A DNA stretch of 64,000 nt from Azolla caroliniana (GCA_043228905.1 JBHGNT010000004.1:17732001-17796000), one strand, 5' to 3'; shown: positions 1 to 13,586, numbered from the stretch's first letter. Translations and numbers: made by a program. Notes: generated by a model not told the origin, from the letters alone.

Positions 1-1
1 C

Positions 2-3000
2 CCGGAGGAAGAGGAACGCTCTAAGATAGCGGAATTTGGCGTCACATTGGAGGGACCGGCAGCAAGATGGCGCCGAACGCAGGACCCGTCTACCATCACC
101 ACATTCGCAGATTTAAAAGCTAAATTCTTGCATTTTTTCCAAAAATAGGTGGACCAGACAGTAATGGTGGGCTTATTTTATACCATCCGACAGGAGGCAG
201 GGGAGAGCATTCCCTAGTTTGTCATCCGGTTTCAACGGATGCATAGTCAGCTTGCCCACGCACCCCCGGAGGAGGAGTTACAGACTATATTCCTAAATGC
301 GCTCCGGGAACCCCTACGCACGGTTTGCACGGTAATTGACTTCCGCGCAAGTACCATCGACCAGGTCATTGACCGGGTGAGAGAGATGGAAAAGACAAGC
401 TCCTGGCTCACACTGGGAGCACTCCAACGGGCGTTACCGTCCGATGAAGACCTCCGGTTTCGGCAAGCAATACAGTGCACAACCTGCTTGAATTCCGAAC
501 ACTCGGCACTAGAATGCACTATGAGAACGCAATGTGTAATCTGTCAATCCAAGGGCCATACGATAGATAAGTGCGAGTATAATCTATTGAACCAGCAAGC
601 ACCGCCCGTCCGACAAATAGAGCCACGCAGCAGCCGGGATGAAGAAGAGGAACGATGGTGGCGAATGGACCGCGACCGACCGGCACAGGATGTCCGGTAT
701 GGCGATCGACGGGAGAATGATGTCCGGTACGGTGATTGGCGGGATAACTACGACCGGTATGATAGATATGATCGGTACCGGGATTACAATAGACGATATG
801 AACATTACGACCAGGAGCACTCCCCCGGGTATCGTCAGCAACGGGAGGAATACGGCAGATATAACGACCAACCTCGTCAAGAGTACCGCAATAAGAAGAA
901 CTATAACAAAAAACGGCATTTCAAAAAAGGCGACTACCCACGAGATCCGGAACAAGGAGCTTCAAGCAGCCAACCGGCCCAAAACCCCGCGCTTACCACG
1001 GGACCTGCCTCATGTACAACAGACAATGCCGAATCCAGCAATACCCGGAAAGCCTACTGCTACTATTGCCGACAGGAAGGCCATTATAGTAATCAATGCC
1101 CGACGAAGAGCTATGACAAACGACAAGCAGTAAATATGGTAGTCCCTGAAGTGGCAGATCTGTAGTAGGTGACCACAAGGTCGAAGGGCATGGCCAAGGA
1201 ATGGGAGACGCAGGAGACCATCCGGAAGCTAGCGACGGAATGGGTGAAGAAAGCAAACGAGCAAAATGTCACAAACTTACAGCGGCAAAAGGAGAACACC
1301 GTAGGGCTTGCCGGCGGCAGTAACTCCGAGAACGAGACATGGCAGGCGTTGCAAGAATGCCAGATTACGCTACCACTAGGAAGACTCCTACAGCTCGTGC
1401 CGAGATTCACGGAAGGATTGAAGACAACCATGACGGAAGGAGAATCATCACTGGCACTGGTACTCTTCTCGAATCTGGAGTAGGGACCAACGGTGGTGGA
1501 CACCAACAGTCCGGTAATTATTGCCATTCTAAAAGGGAAAGAACTCCCCGGCACAGTAATAGACGGAGGAGGCTCCGGGGTGAATGTAATAAGCCTTCGG
1601 GCGTGTGATGCCCTGGGAATCCACGAGTGGGAGCCGTGTCCGTTCTGGTTACGGATGGCCGATACAAGCTCAGTGCGGCCGACAGGATTAATACGAAAAT
1701 TAGAAGTCACCGTTGGCGGTCATACATTTCACATCTCAGCAGTAGTGCTACAATTACAGGCACAAGGCGCATACCCGTTATTGCTAGGGCGGCTGTGGTT
1801 GAAAACGGCACATATCAAACAGAATTGGAGGAAAAATATAATTACCTTCCGGCGAGGAAAAGCCAAGGTACGGGTACCAACACAGCCAAGGACGAGCACT
1901 GGCAAGGAATGTACACTGTTGTATCCAGAGTGCGTCAACATGCTAGAAGGGTTAGCTGACGAAGAAGAAGCTCAATACTTGCAGGAAAACCCGAAGATCG
2001 TACCCCTCTTCGAAATTGACATTGCCGAAGCAGTAGCACCATACTTACCGCAGCCGGAAGAGACTGAAGCAGAACCGGATAAAGACGCAATCCGAGAGTT
2101 ACGGCAAGTGCAGGAAGCGTTGGAACGGGAAATGGCCGTTTCACAGCGCGTAAAAGCGTCGCAACTTGAAGAGGTGAACCTAGGGACCACGGACGAAGCA
2201 AAACCGGTGCACATTGCCAAGGAGATGAAGTCCGAAGACAAAACGACAATGATCACACTTCTCATGGAATTTCGCGACGTGTTCGCCTGGTCATACGAAG
2301 ACATGCAAGGGCTCGACCCTCAGTTATACCAGCATCAGATTCACTTGAGTAAGGACGCAAAACCAGTGGCACAAAGACGGTACCGGATGAATCCCAATTA
2401 TGCCGCCAAAGTCAAGGAGGAAATCGACAAACTGCTAAGAGTTGGCTTTATCTGTCCGGTAAAGAAAGCGACATGGTTGAGCCCGATCGTAGTCGTACCG
2501 AAGAAGAACGGAAAAATTCGAGTTTGTGTGGACTACCAGAAACTCAATGCGGCTACGGTAACGGATGCGTTTCCACTTCCGTTCACAGATGGAGTGTAGG
2601 ATGTCGTCGCCGGCCATGAGATCTATAGCTTTCTAGACGGATTCAGCGGGTATAATCAGATCCAGATGCACCCCAACGACCAAGAGAAAACGGCTTTCGT
2701 CACCGAATGGGGGGTGTTTATGGCCGTGGTGATGATGTTCGGACTCAAAACCGCACCGGCAACATTTCAACGAATCATCATGGAAATCTTTGGTGAATAT
2801 ATCCCGGCTTTTATGCAGGTTTTCCTTGACGATTTCGCCATCTATAGCCGGGAGGAGGACCATTTTCAGCACCTCCGTCTTTGTCTAGAAAAGTGTAGAG
2901 CGTACCGGCTAAGCTTGAATCCGGCGAAGTGTGTATTTGGCGTGTCCAGTGGAACCTTACTAGGACATATTGTGAGCCAGGAAGGCATTGCAGTCGACCC

Positions 3001-5125
3001 AGACAAAGTGAAAGCCATATTAGAAGCACCGGCGCTGGCAACGGCAAAGGCATTGAGCCGGTTCTTAGGCCAGATCCGGTGGCATAGCCGGATGCTCCGA
3101 TACTTGGCCGACCTGGCTACACCGTTGCATGCCGCCGTACATCAGACACCATTCCAGTGGACCGACACCGAGGATAGGGCGTATAGGGCCCTCAAGGTAC
3201 TATTGTCGCAAGCACCGGTAGTGCAGCCTCCGGATTGGAGTAAAGAATTTCATGTGTTCGTGGACGCCTCCGACATCGCAATCGGAAGCGTACTGATGCA
3301 GCTTACGGAGCCAAAGTGATATCGGCCAGTGTACTATGCCAGCCGAAAGCTATCCCAAGCAGAACGGAACTACTCTACCACGGAACGGGAAGCTCTAGGG
3401 ATGATCTACAATGTGACAAAGTTTCGGCATTATTTATTGGGAAGGAAGTTTTCCTTCCATGAAGATCATTCGGCACTCCTCTACCTGGTGTCCAAGGCGT
3501 CACTCACTGGTAAGTTGGCCCGATGGACCTTACTATTACAGGAATTCGAGTTCGAAATATTCCACCGACCCGGTATACAGCATGCCGTAGCAGATTATTT
3601 TAGCCGATTAGAGTCCGGAGAGACGGGCGACGGAGTAGCAGACGAGTTTCCGGATGCGGAGCTGTTTCGAGTCACTACGGAAACGGCAGCAGATGAGACG
3701 GTGGCACAGGAAGACAAGTGGCTCACAAATATGCACCAGTTTCTGAGCACAAGACTGCCTCCGGAAGAGATGAACCGGGACGAAAGGAAACGCCTGGCGG
3801 TGCAAAGCCGACATTTCTGCTTACTGCGAGACACACTTTACCACAAGGGCGCGGACGGCATATGGAGACGGGCTGTGCGCAGCGATGAAAAGGACCTCAT
3901 ACTGAGGGAAGCCCACTGCGGAGTTGTCGGAGGTCACTATGCCGGAGATGCGACGGCCAGGAAAATATGGCAAAGTGGCCTATGGTGGCCAACTACATTA
4001 AGAGATGTTGTACGGTACGCAAAAGAATGTGACCTATGCCAGCCAATGGGCCAGCCAACGGAGCAGGCTCGGATGCCACACCAGCCTGTACTACCACTCG
4101 AACCATTCCAGAAGTGGGGGCTGGACTTTGTTGGACCGTTCAAACCACCGGCAATGAGAACAGGTAATCGGTACGTCATCGTCGCGACGGATTACTGCAC
4201 GAAATGGGTGGAGGCCAAAGCCTTAAGAGACAACACCACTGCGTCAACGGCAAAATTTCTATACGAATACATCTGGTGCCATTACGGATGCCCAATCGAA
4301 TTAATAAGCGACCAAGGGGGGCACTTTCTCAGCCAAGTAGTTGAAAGCCTGATGACATTCTATGTCGTTGTCCATAAACGAAGCACACCATACTATCCGC
4401 AAGCAAACGGATTAGCTGAATCGATGAACAAAACGCTCCAGAATATCCTCCGGAAGATCGTCAACAAAAACCGAACGGATTGGGATACCAAGCTACATAG
4501 CGCGCTTTGGGCATACCGGATAGCATATAAAACGAGCATCCGAACAACACCGTTCCGGTTAGCGTTCGGACTAGAGGCAGTAATGCCGGTGGAATTCCAA
4601 GTACCCAGCTTACGGATCCAGCTACGGGAACGACTGAACGAGAAGGAGTCGGAGGCAATATAGCTAACAGCGCTGTGTAAACTCGAGGAACAACGATTGG
4701 CAAGCATCCTGCACTTAGAATTGGAACAACGGCGACAGAAAGCATTTGTCGACCGGCACAGGAAAGGAAATGAAAAAATGTTCGCAATCGGCAAGCCGGT
4801 GTTAGTATTTCAGACCCGGATGGGCAAGATGCCGGGTAAACTACGGTTTAGATGGACCGGCCCGTATTGGCTGACACGTGAGTATAATGGGTCCTACCAG
4901 TTAGGGACACTTGTCGGCGAAGTGCTAGGCAAATGGGTCAACGGATTCCGATTGAAGCCATATAGAGGACCGATGCCCAAGAACCCATTTGAGCAAAGGA
5001 CCGACACCGGTGCGGAAACGGCAACCTATGAAGGAAACGGCAACCACCAAGACAGCAGAGATGGCGAGCCGGTAACTAGGGAGAATGAGGCCGGTAAGGG
5101 TCCGATAGGACCAACGGACAAGTAA
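2..5125 (+). pseudogene. gag-pol polyprotein of the outer gypsy element, single frame with in-frame stops
   Basis: ORFs starting at 239, 1169, 1493, 2666, 3329 and 4697 share one frame. Motifs: gag LEGPAARW, knuckle CYYCRQEGHYSNQC, protease VIDGG, RT (KKNGKIRVCVDY, FLDD), RNase H (VDASD, YSTTERE), integrase HHCC, D-D-E (WGLDFVG, ISDQG, NGLAE) and WTGPY. Confidence 0.92.
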
Positions 5126-5507
5126 CCTCACACTACATTTCAAAAAAAAAAGAAAAAAGAAAAAAAGAAAAGCGAAGTAATCATGCAAAAGCGAGGTATG
5201 AATGGATGAGAGAGCGAGGAGCGAAAAGGTACGTAGTGGGCATTTAAGCGCCGCCACAGGACATAATGCTATTTTAGTACACGATGTGCACACACTCGAA
5301 AAAGGCGCCAGAATGCACATAGAAAAAACATTGCGCGTGGAGACCCTCTACTTTCGCGAACCCAGGAGCACAGAAGCACCAAGGCGCTGGAAGATCATTA
5401 GACGAGAACCTACGCACAGAGAACCCCCGCTTTCTGAACTCTCTCTCTCTCAATCTCACTCTCATCACCATCCAACCTCGCCACCACAATCCAACCTCGA
5501 CACAGAC

Positions 5508-7299
5508 ATGGACCCGCAAACGTTGTCGAAAGCCGCCAAGAAATGGCTAAAGCAACACGGGCTCGAGGGCTTCTTGACGATTATGGAGGTACCGCCACAC
5601 AAAGAAGCCGACAAGGTGATCAAAGAAATCGACATAGAGGTCATAACGGCGGAGGCGATCCGTGCGTTAACAGGCCTTCCGGAGGGAGGCATACTCACAA
5701 TTGACAATCCGACCTCGGAGCAACTCATCAAGTATTTTGGTGAGTACTCCCTAGCCAGCAAGGGCTACCGGACACAGGGCGGCGGAGATATGTTGTTCCG
5801 CGAGATTGCCCGTGTGCTCCACGAATACGGCCATGTGTACCCTAGACCCCCGTCATGCCGCAAAACCAGGCAGGGATGATCATCGCCACCTATGAAGGGA
5901 TCAAGGTGGATTGGCCGGTATTGATTGCAGACGGTTTGTGTGCGGCGATCGAGATCGTCAGAGGAAAAGACGACAAAGAAGGCCGAGAAGGACGAAGGAT
6001 ATGGCACGCAGTAACGCAGTGGCTCACCTTGTTTGTGCCACCCGTCCAGCCCGTCCAGCCCAAGAAGAGGGGAAGAGTGGCGGACGGCACCCCAAAGACT
6101 GCTTCCAAAAGACAACAGATGTTGGCCTCTAAGGCCACTAAGGGGAAGCCGGCGGACACAGAACAGGCGGGAAAGGAGAGCACCAGCCGGAAGCGGCCAA
6201 CGGATGCGCAGGAGGAACCACCGGTACGGCCCGTAAAGGTTACACTCCGCCGACCGGTGAATAGAGAAGCGGACCCCTTGGCGGCAAAACTCAATGCCGG
6301 GACTCAGGAAGAGGAAATAGAGGAGGAGCCTATGGAGCACCTCCAGCGACGGTCGTCGGCAAGGACCGTTGAGGCAGCCGGGAAACGTTCGAACCCTCAG
6401 ACAGAGGGAACACCAGCTCCCCATACTGAGACTCCCACGCCAAGGGAGGAACCGGAACCGGTGCGCATGGCACCGGAATCAGAAGCCCCTGCACCACCGG
6501 CAGCACCGGAAAGTCCCATTCCGCCAGAGCCGGAAAGGTCAATGCAGCCTCCCTCGGCCAACCAAGAAGAAGCGCAAGGGGAACCAGGACAATAGGGTGA
6601 TCCACGGGCAGAAACGGAATTGCAACTCGGCGCAATCAGGCGAGACCACCCACCTACAAGCGAGCCCATCCGTCAAACCTCCGTGCAAGCGCAACAACAA
6701 TGCACCAGTAGCCTGTGGCTCCGGTGGATAGGCGAACAGATTGCCGGAGCAGTGGGGTATATTGAGGCGGAAGAAAGAGCGCAAAGCGAACGGTTGCTCA
6801 TCACAACCGAACAACTAGAGACGGCCCGATCAAGAATCCGGTGCCTTGAAAAAGACTTGGATCGGGTCACGGTAGAAATGGCGAAAATGGCCTTAACGGC
6901 AACACGGATCCAATCACTGGTGACTCCGGTAAGTGTACAGAATAAAGAACCAAACCAACCTGTACATACTAATAAGACCCCAGCAACGGAAACCGTCACA
7001 GAGAGAGATGCGGCGCAAGCCCAGGAGCTGCGGAATTGAGAGATGAACTTGCCGCACAAGAAGCGCTAAGGAGCCGTGAACGGGAATTGAAGACAACGGT
7101 CGAAGCAAAATTAAAGAAGACTGCTGAGAACCTCCACCGGGCAGAGGAGAGCCTCCAGAAAGGCCATCAAGCGTACGACCGGCTAAGGGAGGAAAAAGAC
7201 AAAGTGCTGCAGGATAAGGACAAGTTGCGGAAGACGGCGGAAATGGAAATTGAACGGCTAAAGGAGGAGCTCCGCCAGCAGAAGGACCGCGAGGACCGG
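5508..7299 (+). pseudogene. Accessory ORF of outer gypsy, N-terminal part (globular domain, Pro/Glu-rich linker, start of coiled coil)
   Basis: ATG at 5508 (MDPQTLSK). Continues through ORFs at 5855, 6620 and 7036 with two frameshifts and a TAG. Cut at 7299 by the nested LTR. Confidence 0.7.
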
Positions 7300-7922
7300 T
7301 GTCGTGAAGAAAACCGTCCACAAGCGGAATCGGTGCACTGAAGCGTAGGAAGCGGCCCTTCATGCACGTGTGTCTTATGTAGTACATAGAAGATCCTAGG
7401 TAGGTAGATCCGGTAGGTAGTTAATGGGAAACGGCTCCTTTCTTGCCTATAAAAGGAGGGAGACGAGGAGGATTGAAGTATCGCGAAGTAAGAGAGGACG
7501 AAGTGCTGTCGGATTGTGGGCCGAAGGCTTCTCTCTCTTCCATACTCCGTAGCTTCTTTCTGTGCAGGTTTCGTGAGGCTCGCGCTGCTCTGAGGAATGC
7601 CCGAGTGCTTTCGGTAGCACCTCCAACCTACTCCTTTCTTCCTGAGCGTTTGCGAACAGGCATCGGCATCTGTTCGCCGGCCTGTTCGGTTGTAACCGAC
7701 TTCGTGCTTCTCGTTGTTTGTCTCTGTTAATATATACATACATACCTTCGTGTCTCTCTGTGTTGGTTTCCCCGCTCGCGTCTTCGTGTCGAAGGGCCGT
7801 GTCCCTGTGGATCTACGCTCGCACCTAGTGGGTCTCTTCCCTTCTCCTTTCTCTCTTGCTCTTCGGTACAAGACCCCCGAGGTCCCGCCTCATTCCACGC
7901 ATCCGCAAGGAATACCTCGACA
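7300..7922 (+). repeat. 5' LTR of nested gypsy
   Basis: TGTCG...CGACA ends, TATA box (cctataaaagg, ~7446). I count 12 substitutions and no indels versus the 3' LTR. Confidence 0.97.
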
Positions 7923-7925
7923 TCT

Positions 7926-7943
7926 TGGTGAACCCGACGTGAA
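7926..7943 (+). promoter_or_regulatory. Primer binding site complementary to tRNA-Trp
   Basis: TGGTGAACCCGACGTGAA, 3 nt after the LTR, is the reverse complement of the plant tRNA-Trp(CCA) 3' end (...TTCACGTCGGGTTCACCA, from memory). Confidence 0.85.
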
Positions 7944-7965
7944 AGAGGTGGCAGGAGAGCAGAAG

Positions 7966-10092
7966 ATGAAGGGGTCGGATCTTGCGGAGGCCATGGCTTC
8001 GGCCGTGGATCGGATATTGAGAGCGCGCGAGGGCACCAGCACCCTCGATAGAGCCATTGAGGTGGTCGTCGGTACGATCGGCCGGTTCAGCGGAAAGGAT
8101 GCTACGAAGTATTTGGCGTCCTACGGGGCAGAAATGCTGATGCGGGACATTCCGGAAGAGAGGCGTCTGGCCGGGTTCCCTCGAGTGGCGATGCCGAGTA
8201 TCCATGCGGAGGTGCTCGAGGTACGGGCGGAGAGCAGTACCTGGGAGGAGTTCGAAGGCCGACTCCTAGAGAAATACGGGCTAGACGACGCGCTCCGGCT
8301 TTCGAAACGGGACTTCATGGAATGGGTGGAGTCCCCCAGCAAGGGAAGAAACGCGTCAGCACTCCTCCGGGAGTTTGAGGAACGCTTTGCGCGCCTTTCG
8401 GCGCTTGACCGAACCGTTCTGGATACGAGCCGGGTCCTACTGTTCGTCAAGTCGGTGGACGAGCGGGACCGGGATCAAGTCGGCTCCTTGCTAGAAACCG
8501 AAGACGGGCTGACGACCGACTGGGCTGCGGTTAAGAGAGTTTGTGGCCGTTTCGACAAACGGCGAGAATGGGCTAATAACGGGGCGGCCGGTGCGGGCTC
8601 GGTCACAACAAGGAGGCTTGAACCAGCACCACGAGGGCGAAGGGCAGAGACCCGGGAGTGGCTCGAAACCGGTTCGGCTTCGACCGGCATGGTCAATGAC
8701 TCGTCCGGAGGAGCGGCGCTGGACGAGTTGACGCGGGCGATAAAGGATCTCCAGATCGCCCAGGCTCGAAGGGAAGGCGGCGAACCGGCTCGTGACCGAC
8801 GGCCGGCAGCAAGGAACAAGTACATGTGGTGCGACGAGGTCGGCCACATTCGGAAGGACTGCGGCGATTTCGCAGAGGCGTTGAGGAACCGGGTGGTGTA
8901 CTTGTGGGAAGGTCGGGTGCATGCCGGTGATACCAGAAGGGCCCTAAACCGAAACGACGGGCGAGGAGGTATGAAGAGACTGATGGAAGAGGCAGCGGCC
9001 CGACACGTGGAGGCCATCCACTACTCGGCGTCGGCCGGTATTCGGGTCGGGGGCAGCGAGGCCCGAAAGGAGAGCAAAGACGGATGCTGGTCGGCAATGC
9101 TGGAAGGCCTCGCCGGCGCACGGCTGAGGAAAGATGAAGCGGACCGCGCTGAGAGACGGGTCCGGGAAATAACTGGGTGGAGCGACCCGGTCGAGGAAAA
9201 GACGGGCTTCGTAGAAGCCGCCTGCCGAAACTACGAGGCTCTGGTAGAAGACAAACGAGTGGGGAAAGCCGGAGCGGTCGGGCCCTCACAACGGTACGAG
9301 ACCCGATTCGGGCAACGACGGAACGATGCCGATGGGTCCAGCGCGCAAGATAACCCCAGGAAGGGCGGATACCGACTGGGGACGGAAATAGAAAGGACCA
9401 CGGACCTACGAAAGGTCCTAGAAGAACGGGTCCTCGACAGCAAAGTGGAGTTGTCATTGCGGGAGGTGCTAGGGATCGCCAAGAAGGAGTTCCACGACTC
9501 CATTGTGGACTTGGTGAAGCGGAAGAGGCTATCGACGGAGACGGAACCGGAAAGACCGGTGGAGGTGCGGACGACGCACATTGATGACTTGGCGTTGGAA
9601 GATGAGTGGGCGGAGAGCCATTATTCGAGGCCACACTGGACCCGAGCGACCACGGAGACCTCGGTAAAGATCGGAGATGTTCAAGAACCGGTGGTGGCAT
9701 TGGTGGACCACGGTTCGGAAATAAACCTGATGTCCATGGACTTCTATAAGAAGGGAAAGTGGCCGATCAACACCAAGCACAGGTGGAAGATACGGGCGGC
9801 GACACGCGCCACCGAGGAACTGCACGGGGCCTACCCGAACGTGCGAGTCAAGATTGGCGACGTCGAGATTGACCAGCACTTCTTCGTACAGGAGACGTCC
9901 TCGCACCCGGTCATATTAGGGGAACCATACATCACGGCGGCGCGGATGGAGACCAAGGTGCTAGACAACGGTTCGGCCTACGCGAGGGTCAAAAGCCAGG
10001 ACGGGCGCCATTCGGTTCAATTTCTGACGGTGCGACCGAACCACGAGCGAAACCGCGAATCCCTCGGTGGTGAGAACCGGGAGGATTTTTAG
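7966..10092 (+). CDS. Gag-protease ORF of nested gypsy (uninterrupted)
   Basis: First ATG after the PBS. Degenerate knuckle YMWCDEVGHIRKDC, aspartyl protease ALVDHGSEINLM and ILGEPY. Ends GAG GAT TTT TAG. Confidence 0.85.
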   Translation: MKGSDLAEAMASAVDRILRAREGTSTLDRAIEVVVGTIGRFSGKDATKYLASYGAEMLMRDIPEERRLAGFPRVAMPSIHAEVLEVRAESSTWEEFEGRLLEKYGLDDALRLSKRDFMEWVESPSKGRNASALLREFEERFARLSALDRTVLDTSRVLLFVKSVDERDRDQVGSLLETEDGLTTDWAAVKRVCGRFDKRREWANNGAAGAGSVTTRRLEPAPRGRRAETREWLETGSASTGMVNDSSGGAALDELTRAIKDLQIAQARREGGEPARDRRPAARNKYMWCDEVGHIRKDCGDFAEALRNRVVYLWEGRVHAGDTRRALNRNDGRGGMKRLMEEAAARHVEAIHYSASAGIRVGGSEARKESKDGCWSAMLEGLAGARLRKDEADRAERRVREITGWSDPVEEKTGFVEAACRNYEALVEDKRVGKAGAVGPSQRYETRFGQRRNDADGSSAQDNPRKGGYRLGTEIERTTDLRKVLEERVLDSKVELSLREVLGIAKKEFHDSIVDLVKRKRLSTETEPERPVEVRTTHIDDLALEDEWAESHYSRPHWTRATTETSVKIGDVQEPVVALVDHGSEINLMSMDFYKKGKWPINTKHRWKIRAATRATEELHGAYPNVRVKIGDVEIDQHFFVQETSSHPVILGEPYITAARMETKVLDNGSAYARVKSQDGRHSVQFLTVRPNHERNRESLGGENREDF

Positions 10093-13000
10093 AGAGGGCT
10101 GCCAAGGCGTGGGGCCGAGACAGTCCGGACACTCGGGAAAGACCCCACAGCTGTATGATAGAACCGAAACCGAAGAAACCCTGTACGATAAGTAAAAAAT
10201 TTTGCTTCTCCAACAACGGAGGGTGTATGATAGTCGGCATCGTTGGCCGAGAAAAGGCAAGGGCGGAAGTGCGACTTCGAGCGTGCGGAGTTCTCGGCCC
10301 GGACGAGGAAATCAGCGGAGCGGTGGAGGCGATCTCCTTCGATGACACCTTGGGGATGCTGAGGAAGGTAGCCGGAGAAGACCTTAATGAAGACCGGACG
10401 ATACCGGTATGTTCCGAAGAGATGTACGAAGTCATCGCGGACTTCAGTCAGGGGCTCGGGTCGGATCGGACGGCCCGAGTTAGCACGAAGTACAAGATTG
10501 TGGACCGGAAGGTAAGGCCAGTCGCGGCACCCTTACCGGAGGGCAGCGAATCCCGAATCAGAGGGGTTGCGTCGGACCCCAGTTTACGAGATCCAGTTTG
10601 CATAGGACACACCTTCACCGACGGGACGCTCCGGGAGCTCAAAATCGGTGGGGGCGGGTTCCTACTGCCGATGGAAGAGGACCGGTTTCGGAGAATGCTC
10701 AGAAGGCACGGGAAAGCCTTCGCATTCTCACCGGGAGAGATCGGGTGCGTAGACCCGACAATCGTGGAGCCGATGGTGATATTCACGGTACCGCATGTGC
10801 CGTGGAATCTCAAGCCGATTCCAATACCGAGAGCTCACATCCCGAAGTTGATGGAGCTATTGAGGCAGAAAGTCGATATGGGCATTCTCGAACCATCAAG
10901 TGCCCCATACTCGAACCGATGGTTTACCGTAGCAAAGAAAAACGGAACATTGCGCTTCATTCAAGACCTGCAACCGATCAACAGAGTGACCATTCGAAAC
11001 GTAGGAATCGGACCGACCATAGACGAGTTCGCGGAGGCCTTCGCCGGAAGGTCGATTTATTCGGTCGGTGATCTATACTCGGGGTACGACCAGTTCCAGC
11101 TAGCCGTGGAGAGCAGAGACATTACGACGATGCGAACTCCCCTCGGCCTAGTACGAATGTGTACCCTGCCACAAGGAGGGACCAACTCGGTGGCCCACAT
11201 GGTGAATGCAATGAACAAAGTACTGAGGGATTGCATCCTGGGCATCACCATGCCGTTTCTAGACGATATCCCAATAAAGGGGTGCCCGGTGGAAGAGAAG
11301 GACGAGACACTCGGGCCGGACGGATGCCGGCGATTCGTGGCAACGCACATCGACGACTACGAGAGGGTGCTACAAAGGCTAGAGGGTGCGAGGCTCACCT
11401 TCTCCGGGGAGAAATCGGCCTTCGGGCAATCGGAAATCCTGGTGGTCGGACACCTATGTGGACCATATGGCCGGAAGCCGTCTCCGGCAAAGGTAGAAGC
11501 CATCTCAGCGATGAAGACCGATTGTAGCTCGGTTACGGAAGTTCGGAGGTTCCTGGGGGCATGCGCATTCTACCACATATGGATCCTGCATTACGCCCAC
11601 GTTGCGGAGCCGCTATACGGGTTGCTGAAGAAGGGGCGAAAATTCGAGTGGCGAGACGAGCACACGGAGTCGGTTCGGAAGCTGAAGCAAGCTCTCGCGG
11701 CAGCACCGGCGCTCCGAAAGGCTGTCTACGAGAAGGATACCCCGGTATACATAACGGTGGATACGAGTCCAACCGGGATCGGATGGGTCGTCAACCAAGA
11801 AGACGAGGGCGGCATTCGGTTCTCGATCCGATTCGGCGCGAAGGTCCTCCGTGAGCGACAACGAGGGTACGCCCAGGTTAAACGCGAACTCTAGGGTATC
11901 GTTTCGGCAGTAAAGGCCGACAAAGACTACCTGATCAGGACAGAAGTGATTATCGAGACGGACTGCCTGCCAATTCTCGGCATGGTTTCCGGATGCGCGA
12001 CACCGGACCTGGCGATGCTCAGGTGGATAGCGTACATCAAGTCCCTGGACCCGGAAATACGACACATTTCCGAAAAAGACAACGCCATGGCCGACATGCT
12101 TTCGAGGGCGAGGTTTGATGGCGAGGGCGGCATGGTTTCGGAGGACGAAGAAGTCGGCGTGGACTTCTTCGAGGCGGCGTACGTGACGACCGATGGGGGG
12201 AGCACTTCGGCACTTAACGGCTTCGACGAGAGCAAGTACGACGGCGAGTGGCTATAGATCGGTGGGTTTTTGAGGACAATGACGCCGGATGCGTCATGGA
12301 CGAGGGACGAGGCCAACCGGATCCGGAAGAAAGCATACTGATTCTTTCTCCGGGACGGATACTTATGGAAGCACCCGAAGAAGAGGAACGGCGTCCCACT
12401 CCGGGTGGTGGCGATGAAGGAGGAACAGGAGGAGCTGCTGACAGCCTACCACGACAGCCCTTGGGCTGGACACCGTGGAACGTGGGCCACGTTCGAGAAG
12501 ATAAAGGGGAAGTACTGGTGGCCGGGACTGTACCGGGACGTGCATCGGTTCGTGACAACTTGCGAGAGCTGTCAGATGCACTCCGTAGTCCGACATCGGG
12601 ACGAGCTTCACCCTACGTACCCTTTGACCATCCACTTCAAATGGATGGTAGACCTGGTAACGATGCTGATGGGAGTAGGACAAATGCGGTATCTGGTCCT
12701 GGCTCGGGAAGATCTGACGAACCAGGTGGAAGGCCGGCCCCTTCAGAACAAAACGACCGCAGCCGTATGTCGGTTCCTGATCGAGGACGTGATATGCCGG
12801 TACGGGTGCGTCGGGAAGATCGTGGCTGATCGCGGGGAGTTGGACGCCGAAGAGGCCGAGGAGCTGTTCGACCGACTAGGAGTCAAGCTCTCGCTTACCA
12901 CTGCGTACAATCCAGAGGCGAATGGGAAGGTGGAGCGCGGACACGGACTGATCGTCAAGGCGTTAGTTCGGGCATGCGGAGGTCAAGTCGGGAACTGGCC

Positions 13001-13586
13001 GCGACTGCTGCCTTATGCGTTGTGGGCGGACCGAACTACGCACAGTTCGGTAACTGGATTCATGCCGGCAGAGCTCATGTTTGGGCAGAAGTCGATCATG
13101 CCGATGGAACGTATGATCTCCTCATGGGCAACCGTGGACTGGAAAGACGAGATGAGCCGGGAGGAACTGTTAGCGGCGCGCATGCGACAGCTCGAGCGAA
13201 GACCGGAGGACGTGGAGCAAGCTGCGAGGAAGCTTCGGGTGGCAAGGACGAGGAACAAAGCCCGGTTCGACCGAACGCACCGGCTCCGACCGAAGAAGAT
13301 CGAGGAAGGCGACTGGGTGTTAGTCTACGACAGCAGCCTCGACAACCAGCACCGAGCAACACGGAAGTTCGCAAGAAGGTGGTTCGGGCCTTATGTGGTA
13401 CAAAGCGCCAACGACAACGGGACGTACCACCTAGCGGAACTCGACGGCACGAGAATGGCGATACCGGTAGCTAGGAAGCGGATCAAAGCGTTCAAGAAGC
13501 GTCACGACGACGAGCCGGATCCGGTTAGCCTGGACCGCAACGACGAACGATCCGAAACCGAGGAAGAACCGACGGGCGGGGAATGA
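10083..13586 (+). pseudogene. Pol (RT-RNase H-integrase) of nested gypsy, -1 frame relative to gag, two premature TAGs
   Basis: ORFs at 10155, 11946 and 12405 are in one frame. Motifs KKNGTLRFIQDL, FLDD, TVDTS, HDSPWAGH..CESCQ, ADRGE, NGKVER, WFGPY. Stops at 11892 and 12255. Confidence 0.9.

Noticed and set aside
1160-1171. TAG TAG between gag and pol as programmed readthrough
   Set aside because: The same frame has many other TAG lesions, so CAG CAG deamination is the simpler explanation.
7167-7871. 234-aa antisense ORF running across the nested LTR (partial twin at 13431-14099)
   Set aside because: No recognisable motif. It runs off the LTR into different sequence in each copy, and the twin simply reflects LTR identity.
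7714-7965. N-terminal extension of the nested Gag through the LTR and PBS
   Set aside because: It relies on a non-ATG start inside the LTR. The first ATG after the PBS (7966) is more plausible.
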